From the NCBI GenBank assembly GCA_951406725.2, contig OX597830.1, positions 28,644,001-28,708,000 on the forward strand: a stretch of DNA of 64,000 bases, given 5' to 3'. The notes under the pieces are model-generated. The model was given only the letters and a program-made list of their open reading frames with translations, ran no database searches and had not been told where the DNA came from. Positions 43,083-57,496 of this stretch are shown here, one piece after another (position 1 is the first letter of the stretch; each line of letters begins with the position of its first letter). The stretch comes from Octopus vulgaris (taxonomy: Eukaryota). The translations under genes were made by a program, and so were the position numbers.

Positions 43083-43481
43083 TGATGGATGGAATGATGG
43101 AAGCACTCCGTCGGTTACGACGACGAGGGTTCCGGTTGATCCGAGTCAACGGAACAGCCTGCTCGTGAAATTAACGTGTAAGTGACTGAGCACTCCACAG
43201 ACACGTGTACCCTTAACGTAGTTCTCGGGGATATTCAGCGTGACACAGAGAGTGACAAGGCCGGCCCATTGAAATACAGGTACAACAGAAACAGGAAGAA
43301 AGAGTGAGAATAAGTTGTGGTGAAAGAGTACAGCAGGGATCACCACCATCCCCTGCCGGAGCCTCGTGGAGCTTTAGGTGTTTTCGCTCAATAAACACTC
43401 ACAACGCCCGGTCTGGGAATCGAAACCACGATCCTACGACCGCGAGTCCACTGCCCTAACCACTGGGCCATTGCGCCTCCA
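43083..43481 (-). mobile_element. SINE group K (body A plus tail X), full length with TSD
   Basis: Head TGGAGGCGCAATGGCCCAGTGGTTAGGGC..GTTTCGATTCCC (tRNA A/B boxes); TSD CAGTGGTCGACC 43071-43082 and CAGTCGTCGACC 43482-43493. Confidence 0.9.
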
Positions 43482-44879
43482 CAGTCGTCGACCGGCACTC
43501 GTGATATCGATACCTAGACAACGAAAGGCAAGTCTACTTCGGCAGCAATTGAACTCAGACATTCATTCCTACATTATGAAGAATTTGAAGTTGGGAGATT
43601 TATTCGATAGGAAAAAATCTATCCTCACACATTTGATCCACATCCACCACACATTTTGCTTTACAAGCCATTAGGCTTAGTAAGACTAAGCGCTCTTTGT
43701 CCACCCCATCCCTACAGAAAGGTAGATGAGTCAATCTTTACAAAAGCTTCCGTGAGTAGCCGGATCTGACCTGGACTGGACTGTAATGCATGTTCGATGT
43801 TATGACAAAAGCCAGTGAAGCATGGACATTAAATGAATGTATGACTGGAGGCTTCGTCACTTTGGTTTGATAGATGATGGATACCATTCCTGTAGGGCTT
43901 ATCGCGAAAAGGTAAATAATTCAGGCGTTTACATATTCAGTCTTACATGTTCATTCTCGAATACTCGCCGAATATTCTTGCACGATATAAATATCATGAG
44001 TTTCCTCACCGAGGGCCAGGATCACTTCAGGCCTATTGTCACATCGAACCAAACCTAATACTAATAGGCTACAATATAGGATATTAGAGAAAATATATTA
44101 AACTTCTGAATACAGAAATTGGAGCTGCATCGGCAAAACTGCTTCCTTACTGTGAGCAAATGGCAAACCATTTCTGATGTAAAGCACCAAACTTTATAAT
44201 GTGTTTGAATTACAGGTGTAACTGAATTCAAGAGACGAGTGAAATGAAACCTATGAGAATACAATATAAGAATACAATATAATTTTGGTAGGACATAATG
44301 TTCCTTTCTTCATTTTGGCTCATGGATAAATGCATTTGGCAATTTTCACTACATTATCATATGGTAATACACCTCCTTTCTCATAGTTTTGTAAAGGACT
44401 ATTACTTCAGGTAAAATAGTTGCAGACATACATGTAGAAAGTTCACAAAAGTTGGCCTTCAAACATCAAGTGTTACCAGTTAACATTGTAGAATTATGTT
44501 TTATAATCCTCAAACTGTCGTACCCCTTGGTAAGAGGGAACAAATACTCCAAGAAGAGTTCTCTCTTATATATATCATCTCAAAAGAATGTACAAAATGC
44601 TGCTTTCGTTTAAGGCAAATTCTTAAGTTTGAGAGTAACTGATATCGAAATTCTGAAAAAAATTGCTCTTTCTAATTTTAGTAAAAGGTCAGTTATTTAG
44701 AAGATAGAGAGGATGTCAATTGCATCTGCCCCTTTCGTCACTGATACTTCATTTTATTGACATCCAAACCCTAAAGTCTTTACATTCTGAACTCAAAACG
44801 ACGGGATTTGAACTCAGAATGGAAAGAACTGGAAGAAATATTGGCAACATCTTGTCCGACACGCTAATGAATCTAATAT

Positions 44880-45110
44880 ATATTTTTATTACCCACAAAG
44901 GGTAAACAGAGAGGGGACAAAGAAGGACAGAGAAAGGGATTAAGTCGATTACATCGACCCCAGTGCGTAACTGGTACTTTATTTATCTACCCCAAAAGGA
45001 TGAAAAGCACAATCGACCTCGGCAGAATTTGAACTCAGAACGTAACGGCAGACGAAATACGGCTAAGCATTTCGCCCGACGTGCTAACGTCTCTGCCAGC
45101 TCGCCGCCTT
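44880..45110 (-). mobile_element. SINE group M, full length
   Basis: High identity to 17254-17487. Confidence 0.9.
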
Positions 45111-45453
45111 TCGCTAATAAATCTAATAGCTCGCACCCTTTGTTTCATTTAAACAATAATTTCGTTGAAATAACAGTTTCACATTCTGATACGAGACTAG
45201 CAAATCTAGATAGAGGTGGTGTTAGTCAATCGCAGTATTTTACCAGTACTTTATTTCATCGATCATTTGAAGATGAAATGAAAGATAACCTTGGTGGTAT
45301 TTGAACTCAGGATGTGAAAATTCGGAAAGAATTATCCCAAGCTTTAACAGCTCTGCCAATTTCGCAACATTCGCTATAGTCATCATTGCTGATTGTATTA
45401 ATGTCACCCTCGCTAGACGCGTATTATATTGTTAAGCTTTTCAAAGTTTGCGC

Positions 45454-45498
<45 letters not shown>

Positions 45499-45776
45499 TA
45501 CACATTGCGTACTTCACCAGAAGACAGTCAGAAAAATGCTTTGCAACACATTCTTTTGATTGTTTCCATTATTGTACAACTACCTTATTAGGTATATACA
45601 TACATACTCACTTGAGCATATACGCACAACCACACACTGGCGCACACATTTATTATAAATGGGTGTGCGTATATGTATTTCTAAAACGAGGCTTCTGAGT
45701 ATGTGTATTTGTGTAGGTGGGATTAATATATAAATTGTTTCATATCTATGTATGTGCAATAATGCATGTATGCGTA

Positions 45777-45868
<92 letters not shown>

Positions 45869-45945
45869 TGTATATATGTACATATATATAAATATAAATA
45901 TATATGTATATATTCATATATATATATACATATATATATATACAT

Positions 45946-46013
<68 letters not shown>

Positions 46014-46863
46014 ATATATACATATATATATATCACAGACACGCCACCATTCCTATAGAGCCAGTCGTCGTACCTGACTGACATAAAAAGGGGAGGAAAG
46101 CCGGAGTGATGCCATCCTCTTGTTTGAAGCTTATCATTTATTACGAAGACATTACAAGAAATCTAACCCGTTTGATGAAGGGAAAGCATTAGAGAGAAGT
46201 TGTATTATACGCTGATTAATAATATAATCTTTGATGCGTGTGGCCAGTGCAGATGATACATTGGCGGCGCTATTGCCGTTGTTGCTGTTGTTGTTGTTGT
46301 TAATGGTGGTAGTGGTGGTGGTGATGGTGCTGGTGGGTTATGGTTGTGGTAGGGATGGTGGTTACGGTGGTCATCCTGAAGGAATTGTGGCGGGGAGTGG
46401 CACGCTTGAACATCAATCACGGAGAGTAAATATGACCATTACTTTCTGTAGATGCATTGTGGAATGTAGACAAGATTGTATTGGTGAAGGAGGGCTAGTA
46501 GGTGATATATGTGTGTTTATGTATATATATATATACATATATATATAAGTATGTATGCATATAGACATATGCGTGTGTATGTGCATATATAGCATATATG
46601 CATATGTGTGTTTGTATATATATATATATATATACTAGTATGAATGCATGCGTGCGTGTCGTTGTATGTCAGCATATACGTATATATACGTTTATATGTA
46701 TATATCATATATATATATATATATATGTACATATATATATATATATATATATATACGTAAAAATACATGGCGTATTACATAACGTATATATGTGTACGCA
46801 TATGCACATATATTATGTAATATACATGCATATATATGCATACATACATATATAATATGTATA

Positions 46864-46921
<58 letters not shown>

Positions 46922-46967
46922 TATATATATATCTGTATATATTCGTTTCTGCCTGTAGGTGTATATG

Positions 46968-47052
<85 letters not shown>

Positions 47053-47169
47053 TTATATGTGTACTTATATTTATGTGTATATATATATACATACGTATAT
47101 ATATATATATTTATGTGTGTATATATTTATATATGTATATGTAAGTGTGTGCGTATATATATAAGTATA

Positions 47170-47207
<38 letters not shown>

Positions 47208-48048
47208 TATATTCATACATATATGTGTACGTATATATATATATATATATACATATATCGAGAGCCATAAATAGATAAAGAGACAGGGAAAGGGAGAAAG
47301 AGAGTGAAAAGAATGAAAACGTAGATAAACTGAAAGTATGTGTGAAGGAAAATACAGAGGAAAATATAGATAGGAAGTGTTTGTGAGGCGTCATATATTA
47401 CGAACATTTTTCCTTACCATCCGAACCATCAAAAACACTCACCACCACCACCACAACCACCAACGCCATCACCATCAACAGCAGCAACAACAATAAGGTG
47501 AACATAAACAACAACAATTACAAACTACATCAACAACAGCTGAATCCAATTCTGCCAGTTCTACCACCAACAACACAGCAACGTCAAATTCACAACGTCA
47601 CCTCCAACTCCATAAAGAATCTTGCTCTAATGGTTATTGTTCGTCTGCTTGCTTGTAAGACTAGGCAATGGTGATCTAATATTCACAGCACATAAGAAAT
47701 GCTTATATGACGAGTGAAAGTGTGGTGCTGGTGGTTGTGGTGGTGGTGGGGAACGTGTGGGTGTATGTATAAAAACAGGTATTTTATCCTCACATGCATA
47801 TCGATGGAGTTGGTGTGGATAAGGGTAGTCAGTTAAGACATAACGACTCTATTGTATTTTGGGCAATCTAGTGTTCAGATTTATGCAAGTAACTACAATT
47901 CTGCAAGGAAGATAATTCGGGAGACGCTGACGGCGATGGGTAGCATACACACACATATATATATATATATACACACACACATATATATATATACACACAC
48001 AAAACAACACACATACGTACAAACGAATACATATAAATAATATGATAC

Positions 48049-48167
<119 letters not shown>

Positions 48168-48853
48168 TACATATGCAGATATGTATATGCATATCGTTTT
48201 ATCTAACAGTGAGTATGTGTGCGCATGTCTAGGTATGTCACTGTATTGTGAGAGTGAATTTAAAATAGATGAATACAGAATGAAGGAGAAATAAATGGAT
48301 ACATGCATAGATGATCTTGCAGATAATTACCACGCGCGCAAGTACTGCCGTACGTATATAAGTATACCACAAATCTAGCAATAGCTATTATATACATATA
48401 TATATAGAGAGAGAGATTCACAGACATACACACATATACACATATTTGTATATATTCATATGAACATACATTGATACTTGCTGGTACACACTTAAATAGA
48501 TAATATGAGATAAGAGTAATGTCTAGACAAGCGTTCATGCATTTATGCTCATAGACACAGGCGGGCATATATACATATAAATGCTTGTCTATATGTATAT
48601 ATAGTTATATGTGTGAGTGTGTATATATGTATCCGATCGTGCGCATATATATTTTCTTGCTATTGTCTTATTGTTTTTAACCTTCCTGAAGATGGAAGAA
48701 GAATCATTCTACACATATATGGGTTTCGATGTAACCGTCTCTGGAATGGGCACTACAATGGCTTTTCTTGTATTAGTATATTGGCCATAATTAAATGATT
48801 GAACTTAACGATTAAAAAATCGCCACTCGATTAATGTATTTCAAGCAAAACAG

Positions 48854-49163
48854 TTTTTTTTTTGTTGTTTGTTCCTTCTCGAGCCATGGCTGGCTCATAA
48901 GGGCCGGTTTCTCGGTCTCTTGGCGTATAGGTTCCCCACCGAGGCGGGACGCCGGTCCATCGCAGGTGAGCTGCAAGATGCAGGAGGAAACAGAGACAGT
49001 TTTGGCGAAAGAATCAGCAGAAGTTTCGCCATTACCTTCTACCAGAGCTGCGTGGATCTTTAGTGTTTCGCTCATAAACACACACCTCGCCCGGTCTGAG
49101 ATTCGAACCCGCGATCCGTCGACCGTGAGGCCGCTGATCTAAACACTAGGCCATGTGTCTCCA
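48854..49163 (-). mobile_element. SINE group K (body A plus tail Y) with perfect 12-bp TSD
   Basis: TSD CAAGCAAAACAG at 48842-48853 and 49164-49175; head TGGAGACACATGGCCTAGTG..GGGTTCGAATCTC. Confidence 0.9.
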
Positions 49164-49603
49164 CAAGCAAAACAGATAAATACGTTTAAAACAATTTAAT
49201 ATAAATTTCACTGCTTCTCGACGCCTATATCATATGGTAATACCTATTCATAACTAACGGAGAGGAAGGTTAACTACGGCCGTTTCACTTGCTAGAAACA
49301 ACTGAGAATCAAAACCAGACTCTGCCACAGACTCAAACCAGACTCTACCACATAACACCGATGCACGGCTATGATACTCCTGCACTACTCCTTGTGGTCA
49401 GAGATACACATATCGTCAGTCATTCAGGGACATGCTCAATTGGTTATGGTCAAACAAACGACAAGTAAATCTATGGTACTGAGCAGAATATTTTCTGTGT
49501 ATCATATTTTTCACCAAAACCAACATGTATCATACCTGTTAACAATTCTAATGAGTGAAGAACAGAAGCCAAGTGAGCCAATGCTTGGTATCGAACGGAG
49601 CCC

Positions 49604-49689
<86 letters not shown>

Positions 49690-50324
49690 CTCGCTCAACT
49701 AACGCTTCTAAAATGTGAACGAATCCGTATGGGTTCCTCGCGTTTGTTTTTCCTTTTATTTAGCACTAAGACAATCGAGAGCAAACAGAGGCATTATCAA
49801 AGACAGAGGCAATATTTCTTAATTTAGTTACGTACTGAGACACATTTGTCACAATTATATTTGTTTTATAACTATTGATTGTTACTTGTGGGAAATCCAT
49901 GCTGCTATTTTCAGCGAGACTGAATACGTAGATGCCCTTACATTACTTTGGTTAACAAAGGTAGTCCAGTGTTCTATCATATATAATAATATAAATAATA
50001 TATAAATATATGCATATATACATACATATACGTACATACCTACATATAATATACATGCATATGTGGGTACAGGACATAAAAAAACGTTGAACACAATGAA
50101 AAACGAAAACATAAAAAGAAAAACATAGAAAAGAATTTCTTTTCGAAAAACGAAAAAAAAACAGAGAAACGAGACATACAACTTAAAAAATATTTCCCTT
50201 CTTCAGTTGTCCCTGTTTCAACTACTCTACACCCATATATGCATGTATATATACATATATAGGTAGGTATGTACATATATGTATGTATATAGGCATAGTT
50301 TTATATACGAGCAAAACGCCTCCC

Positions 50325-50715
50325 TTCCAATGGACGGTGCTGCTATGTTAAACATTTAAACCAAATTTTCTCAAAACAACCGTCCCATAGGCCTCCCCTT
50401 TGAGAAACACTAATTTAACCTAAATTTGAGACACCAAACAGGCCGATTTTTTTGCGCAAACTCCACGTGCATTTCTCTGCAGTACGCGTAGCATCAATCG
50501 CAACAGCTGATGTACTTACGCGTAGAAATTCACGTTCCCACGGCTTTATCCATCGCATTCTCACCTGGCATCGATTTTTGTAATTTTTTCAAGTCTTATA
50601 CTCGCCCTGATCACATCGGTATGTACAAATAAAATTTGAGCGCAATCGAATGGAGGTTGGCCGAGATCCTAGAAAACACACACAAAGACAGACAGATAGG
50701 ATTTTATACAATACA
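50325..50715 (+). mobile_element. Dispersed repeat, probably non-autonomous Helitron/Helentron-type
   Basis: Homologous to 58350-58705 (CCCATAGGCCTC..TTTGAGAAACAC..CACGTTCCCACGGCTTTATC..CCGAGATCCT) and ends in CACACA-GACAGA-..TTTTATA; class assignment is inference. Confidence 0.6.
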
Positions 50716-51119
50716 TTATTTATATAATCATATAATCGAATGCCACGCATCCTTTTCCAAGTAAGTTCTATCATATATATATATATGAATCGCTACAATC
50801 ATCTTGGTTAGAGATGTAAAACCACGCAGACTGTTAGAAGTAGAATTCAGTTACATAAGCATTGTTAAACCGATGTGCATCAAGCATATATAAGTTAGCT
50901 ATTATTGGCAGATTTAGTAGGTAGAAAACAGCGTGAGAGCAACTTGATATCTTCATACGAATGCCGAGAATGCATTTGCTGTGTAGTACAACCGCCATTT
51001 GGCAGTTTCTTGTAACACCTTACTATTATAAAAAAAAAGAAGAGCATGTGGAAAACGCTCGCCGCTTAGACAGATATGTGAGCACACACCACAGTCTCTA
51101 GAACTAATGCATGCAAATA

Positions 51120-51149
51120 TTTTCGCATTTATATATGCATACACACACA

Positions 51150-51205
<56 letters not shown>

Positions 51206-51284
51206 GCACACACACACATATATAAATATATATATATTCACACATATGTACATATATTTATTTATATATGTGTGTATGTACATG

Positions 51285-51342
<58 letters not shown>

Positions 51343-51409
51343 TCGCATTTATATATGCATACACATATATATATATATATTTTCGCATTTATATATGCAT
51401 ACACACACA

Positions 51410-51456
<47 letters not shown>

Positions 51457-51539
51457 TTATGCACACACACACATATATAAATATATATATATTCACACAT
51501 ATGTACATATATTTATTTATATATGTGTGTGTGTACTTG

Positions 51540-51590
<51 letters not shown>
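51120..51590. repeat. Tandem duplication of a microsatellite-containing unit of about 220-260 bp
   Basis: TTTTCGCATTTATATATGCATACAC at about 51120, 51340 and 51380; AATTTATGCACACACACAC..TGATAGTGCAT present twice. Confidence 0.85.
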
Positions 51591-51593
<3 letters not shown>

Positions 51594-52019
51594 TATGCAC
51601 GCAAAAACATGTGTGTATAGATATGCATATATGTTTATACTTATATCTATAAGTGTATATGTGCCGTTCTATGCATTTGCTTAAGTGCGTTTGTATATGA
51701 ATACATATGTACGAGTGTGCCTGTGTGTATGTGTATTTGCGAGTATGAGTGTATGCCTGTGAGTATGTGTGGAAAAAGCATGCGTGTGCGTACGTGTGTG
51801 CGTACGTGTGTGCGTGCGTGCGTTGTTGTATGTATGTGGCAGTATGTGAGTGTGTATGCGGTGTATTAGTAAGTAATTGTAAGCATTTGGCACTTCTGAT
51901 TTTATGACTGAATAACTAAGGAAGTAATTGTGTGAGTGAATGGCTCCATGAGTGATTATCTGAGTGATTGTTAAGATGGGAGGGTAATGATGACGATAAA
52001 ACAACTGCAGTCACTTGGA

Positions 52020-52028
52020 TGATTATGT

Positions 52029-52097
<69 letters not shown>

Positions 52098-52126
52098 CGA
52101 CGACGACGATGATGATAATGTTGATA

Positions 52127-52183
<57 letters not shown>

Positions 52184-52254
52184 TTGATGATGTTGATAAT
52201 GATGATGGTGATGATGATGAGGATGACGATGATGATAACAACAACTACAACAGC

Positions 52255-52308
<54 letters not shown>

Positions 52309-52368
52309 CATAATAATAATGATAACAATAACAAAAACAACAATAATAGCATCGCCACCACCAACACA

Positions 52369-52433
<65 letters not shown>

Positions 52434-52470
52434 CAATAATAATAATAATGATGATGATAATAATAGTAAT
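52020..52470. repeat. (GAT)n/(AAT)n trinucleotide field
   Basis: Direct reading. Confidence 0.95.
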
Positions 52471-52557
52471 ATCATTCTTGGTCACATCTTGTAAAATATA
52501 CTACAAAATGTGCTGCAGAAAGGTTTTATACATTCTGTGTGAATGTACATACATACA

Positions 52558-52591
<34 letters not shown>

Positions 52592-52962
52592 CATATAAAA
52601 TATAAAGACCCGACTAGATTATTTTATGCGGAACTCCATTGTCTCCTGAGACAAATATGAATGCCAACGACAATATACATTGTATATATGCATTGTCATC
52701 GAAGAGCTGCCTAGCTGGGGCATCGCCATGAAGGGCTTATTGGAGCAAATGAACCTCAGTAATTCTGTATTTTGCGCCGTTCTTATTCTATCGGTATCGA
52801 ATTCACGAATCGATAATATATGGAGATGCAAGGTAGACAGCATTGACTAGAAAGCGGTGGCAAGCGAAAAAGAAACGCAATGATACATAGATATATAGGG
52901 TATATACACACACTTAAGCATTTACATATATACATACACACACATGCCTATATATATGTATT

Positions 52963-53010
<48 letters not shown>

Positions 53011-53108
53011 TATAAACTTGACAAAGGATGTGCATAACACCTACATTGCTAGAAATAGCAGCTAAAATGCTTATATATATATATATATATATATATACAT
53101 TTTTATCG

Positions 53109-53408
53109 TTGTAATTAAGGATGGAATATTTTGTACCAAATAAACACACTCACGCAGTATATATTTGTTCTTCAATGCTTTATTATTGTTCTTACTCTAA
53201 CTCATGTCCATTGTCCGAACATATTTTGTCACACATCTGTGACCTCTTCGGCAACAGCAAGAACGCATACGGAGAAGAAGAGTGTCGCTGAAGAGGGTCA
53301 TAGATGTGTGACAAAGACATGAGTTAGAATAAGAACAATAATAAACGAGTGAAGAACAAATATATACTGCGTGTGTTTGTCAAAAAGAATGACCATCCCT
53401 AAATACAA
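53109..53408. mobile_element. Head-to-head inverted pair of family B hammerhead cassettes
   Basis: 53109-53256 is the reverse complement of 53283-53408 apart from a deletion of about 16 bp; both match 6660-6845. Confidence 0.85.
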
Positions 53409-53499
53409 CAAAATCTGTTTCAACACACGATTTCGCATCAGGAGTCTTGCAACACAAATTCATGAACGTAGCTTTTTATCTTTTAGCTTCTATTCCTTA

Positions 53500-54125
53500 G
53501 GTGATGGGGCACCACCTTGAAGATGTTTTAGATAAATGAATCGACCCCAATCTTTATTTATTTAAAGTGCGTTACTTATTATATCGAGCCACTACCTTTC
53601 GGGGGCACAAACATGCCACATCGGCTGTCAAGCAGTGTATTCGGGGAAAACACGGACACAATGGCATACTTAAGTAGATATGCAAGCATATATACATGCA
53701 TACTTACATACATACATATATATGGTCATTTCAAAACGTCACAAGTGAATCATAGACGATTTTCTTCCTTCGTCTTCCCTTCTATTGCACTTTCCTCTGT
53801 TTCCGAAGAAGAGTGTCTGCTCGAAACGTTAAACCATCTTTCTTTACTTCCATGAGCGTCTGCTAATATTTTGCAGGTGCCACATCCTCGCGTTGTGTTT
53901 TTTTTTGTTTTCGTTTTTGTGTTTGTTCTTTTGTGGATTTACTATATATACATTCATATACGTATGGCTTCTTTCAGTCTCCGTCATGGAAAATCCGCTC
54001 ACACAATCAGAAGGCTTTGGTTGGCCCGAAGCTCTAGTAGATGACACTTTCCTAAATTGTCATTCATTGGGAGTGAACCCGGAACTAAGTGACAGGGAAG
54101 CAAGCTCCTTAAACCGCCTCTCCAC
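53500..54125 (-). mobile_element. Old SINE group C interrupted by a family A hammerhead cassette (about 53725-53945)
   Basis: Tail half 53500-53670 and head half 53960-54125 flank the cassette, which sits in the internal microsatellite. Confidence 0.7.
53799..53834 (+). ncRNA. Minimal hammerhead-like motif, family A
   Basis: GTTT CCGAAGA A GAGT gtct GCTC GAAA CG TT AAAC; core has U4>C; G-U pair in stem II. Confidence 0.65.
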
Positions 54126-55014
54126 ACACATATAGTTATGGCATATTGAAGTTAAGAACGTAGTAGAGTACATAATAAAGCTCGTCCACCTTCAGATTTC
54201 ACCCTGTGCTATCCAATAGTAGTATTATAGGTACTTCCAGGGTTGTGTTTTGGCATCTCTCGTCTTGCAGTCAACAAAAAGTACATTTGGACATTTATTT
54301 TCTATCACCACAATTGTTTCCACGCAACGTGTTTCTCTAGAGTACATAGATATCAACAAATATGTGTACAAAGAAATAAAATATTAATGACTTTAGAACG
54401 GTATCCACTTTAACAGAAGCAGAATTACCATCCCACTACATCTACACATTCGACACAGTTTGCCAACGCTCCATTGGTTTCTACTAAATTCAGTCCACGA
54501 CAGACAGAGAGGATGTTCTTGAAGCCGATAAGTTGAACTTACGGAGACAATGTTTATATATTATCTGAAGAAACACAACTAGATCTCATAATACAGTGAA
54601 ACGGTTGCATAATCAAGTACTTGTACGTCTGGAGAACTACGATGTGTGAAATTAATTGCAGTGGTAGAAGATAAATTTTCAACTGTACTCCATGTTGACT
54701 CCAAATTTTTTCAGTTATAGATATATATATATATATATTATATATCGTTTTTGGATTTGGTTTGCAAGATTCTTTATGTGAGTTCGTGCGTTGAAGCATA
54801 TTCTGTTGTGTCTGGGGAGAATTATTCTCTTTTGGTGCCTTATAATGTAACACACTCACCGGTAAAATTTCCAGTTATCTGTTTTTTTATTTTTCTAAAA
54901 TTTTCGTTGCGTCTAGCAACCTTTTCATAGAAAAAGATAGATAGATAACTTGATAGTACCTGCTTCAAAAAAGAGAGAAAAAGAGGAAGATAGAAGAGTG
55001 AGAGAGGGAGAGGG

Positions 55015-55048
<34 letters not shown>

Positions 55049-55053
55049 ATAGG

Positions 55054-55098
<45 letters not shown>

Positions 55099-56097
55099 CT
55101 GGTTTGTTTTTTCAACCCATCTTCATTTGGGTGAAGACATTTGGAGGAAGTCAAAGTTGTAACCTTTGAACATTACTCAACTACAACCAATCTTCATTTA
55201 AATTTTCCCTGCCCATGAAAAATAAAATAAAGATTAATTAGTTATAAATGATATCTCTGATATCTAAAACACTACGAAACCAAAACGTATCACTAACATT
55301 AAGTGTGCTATTCAGAATCGTGCTATTTTCCTGCTTCGATAATTTGATATATGTCAACGAGTCTTAAATGTACCTTCAAATAAGAATGCTGTTCACATAA
55401 CTGAGATAATATAATGCTTTTTCTACTCATACAGACTTCCTAAACATTTTCTGTAGGAAGTTCGTAAATATCTTCACACGAACAAGCTACAAGCAGACGT
55501 TCAATTCGTTCTCTCTCAACGCTTCCATCATTACTCTATCACAATTCTCCCCTTTTGAACCATTAAGATGCATATCCCCGACATTGGAACCCAACTAATA
55601 CCCCCGTTTATTCAACTGTATCAATCCCTATATCTTCATCTCATCTAATCAAACATCGTACTACACACTTTAGTCAGTCTTTCCTTCCCAGTAGTTTACC
55701 CGTCTCAAGATATCAGTATAAGGCACATTTTCATTTGGGTATCAGTCAACTGAAATGCAAGCTTATTATCCAGTTCATATAAAATCGCTATTTACCGAGG
55801 GACACAATATTTGTAGTTCCTCATCATATAATTTTAGAGGACAGTGTGTGAGGGTTTTTACGCAAATACGACAGTATTTTTGTAAATAAATGCTAATAAT
55901 CCTTCTCCTAAAGGCACTTATCCTGAGATCTTGCGGGTAGGAATCTAACTGATTGCATTGACTACCCAGTACTTACTTTATTGATTTGAAAAAATGAACT
56001 GCTAAGTTGTCCTCGGAGTGATTTGAACACAATGTACGGAGAGACGAAATGCCTCATTTTTCCGGCGTGCTATTTTGCCAGTTCTTTGGTTGTCATA

Positions 56098-56428
56098 ACA
56101 GGTTCACTCCGTCGGTTACGACGACGAGGGTCCCAGCTGATACGATCAAAGGAACAGCTTGCTCGTGAAATTATCGTGCAAGTGGATGAATATTCTACAG
56201 ACACGTGTACACTTAACATAGTTCGCAAGGCGATTCAGCATGACACAGAGTGTGACAAAGCTGGCCCTTTTTTGAAATACAGGTACTACTCATTTTTGCC
56301 AGCTGAGTGAAATGGAGCAACGAGAAATAAAGTGTCTTGCTCAAGGACACAACGCGTCGCAAGGGATCGAACTCACAACCTTACGATCATGAGCCGAATG
56401 CCCTAACCACTAAGCCACGTGCCCTCAC
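56098..56428 (-). mobile_element. SINE group K (body B plus tail X) with TSD
   Basis: TSD TTGGTTGTCATA 56086-56097 and TTGGTGGTCATA 56429-56440; tail CACTCCGTCGGTTACGACGACGAGGG shared with 43103. Confidence 0.88.
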
Positions 56429-57084
56429 TTGGTGGTCATAGCTGTTGTTTAATCTTAATGACTTCTTATCTAACAGATCAACCAGACCGAAGTCATTTCA
56501 GCGTTGAAGCTCCCTTTTATTATATATTTAAAACGGCAGACTACATTGTCAAAATATGACTTTCGCTGGGGCATTACATCGTCCAGAATGTCTTTCTCAG
56601 TAATGAAAAAATTGAGGAAGATTTCACAAATATTTTTAGCAATTCAACCACAGATATTTTCTAAGAGTGAACTTGTAATATTCATAATACTTCAATACAG
56701 AAATTACATTTAGCATACATATTCAATCATTGACTAAATAGAAGCTTTACGGTTTAAACCAATATTCCAACTAGTGATGACCTATTGACCAGTCAAATAC
56801 AATGAAATTCTTGAGCTCAGTAGGAAAATATTATATAAATAAGTTCACGGTTTTAAAATAGGCATCTTAGTTATTGAGTTAGCAACATGAGAACTTCATA
56901 ACGCATATTAATCTGCTGATCAACTATATTTAGTATATAAATTATGAATTTAGGTGAAAGATTTGCGAAATAGTATATCACAATATATGTCCGTACGCAT
57001 CTTTCAATTCCTTCCGTTTCATCAATATTTTCGTATCTGTCACGTCTTTTTCTCTCTGTCTTTCACTCTCTGTCTGTCTGTCTC

Positions 57085-57160
<76 letters not shown>

Positions 57161-57354
57161 CATACATGCATGCATATGTATGTTTCTATATACATACATG
57201 CGTGCTTATATATGTGTGCATATAGATATATATATACATTTATATATGTGTGAATGTGTGAATGTCTGTATATATCTATATCTATATATATATATCAATC
57301 TATCTATATATCTATATCTATATATATATATATACATACATATATATATATTTA

Positions 57355-57385
<31 letters not shown>

Positions 57386-57402
57386 GCATATATATATTTA
57401 TA

Positions 57403-57496
<94 letters not shown>

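Noticed and set aside
43405-43481. tRNA gene
   Set aside because: A/B boxes are present but run into a repeated SINE body with a TSD, so this is a SINE head.
43780-43900. RTE-like peptide traces (ASEAWTL, LRHFG)
   Set aside because: Too short to annotate confidently.
55500-55820. Possible APE endonuclease remnant on the minus strand
   Set aside because: Similarity is limited to a few residues.
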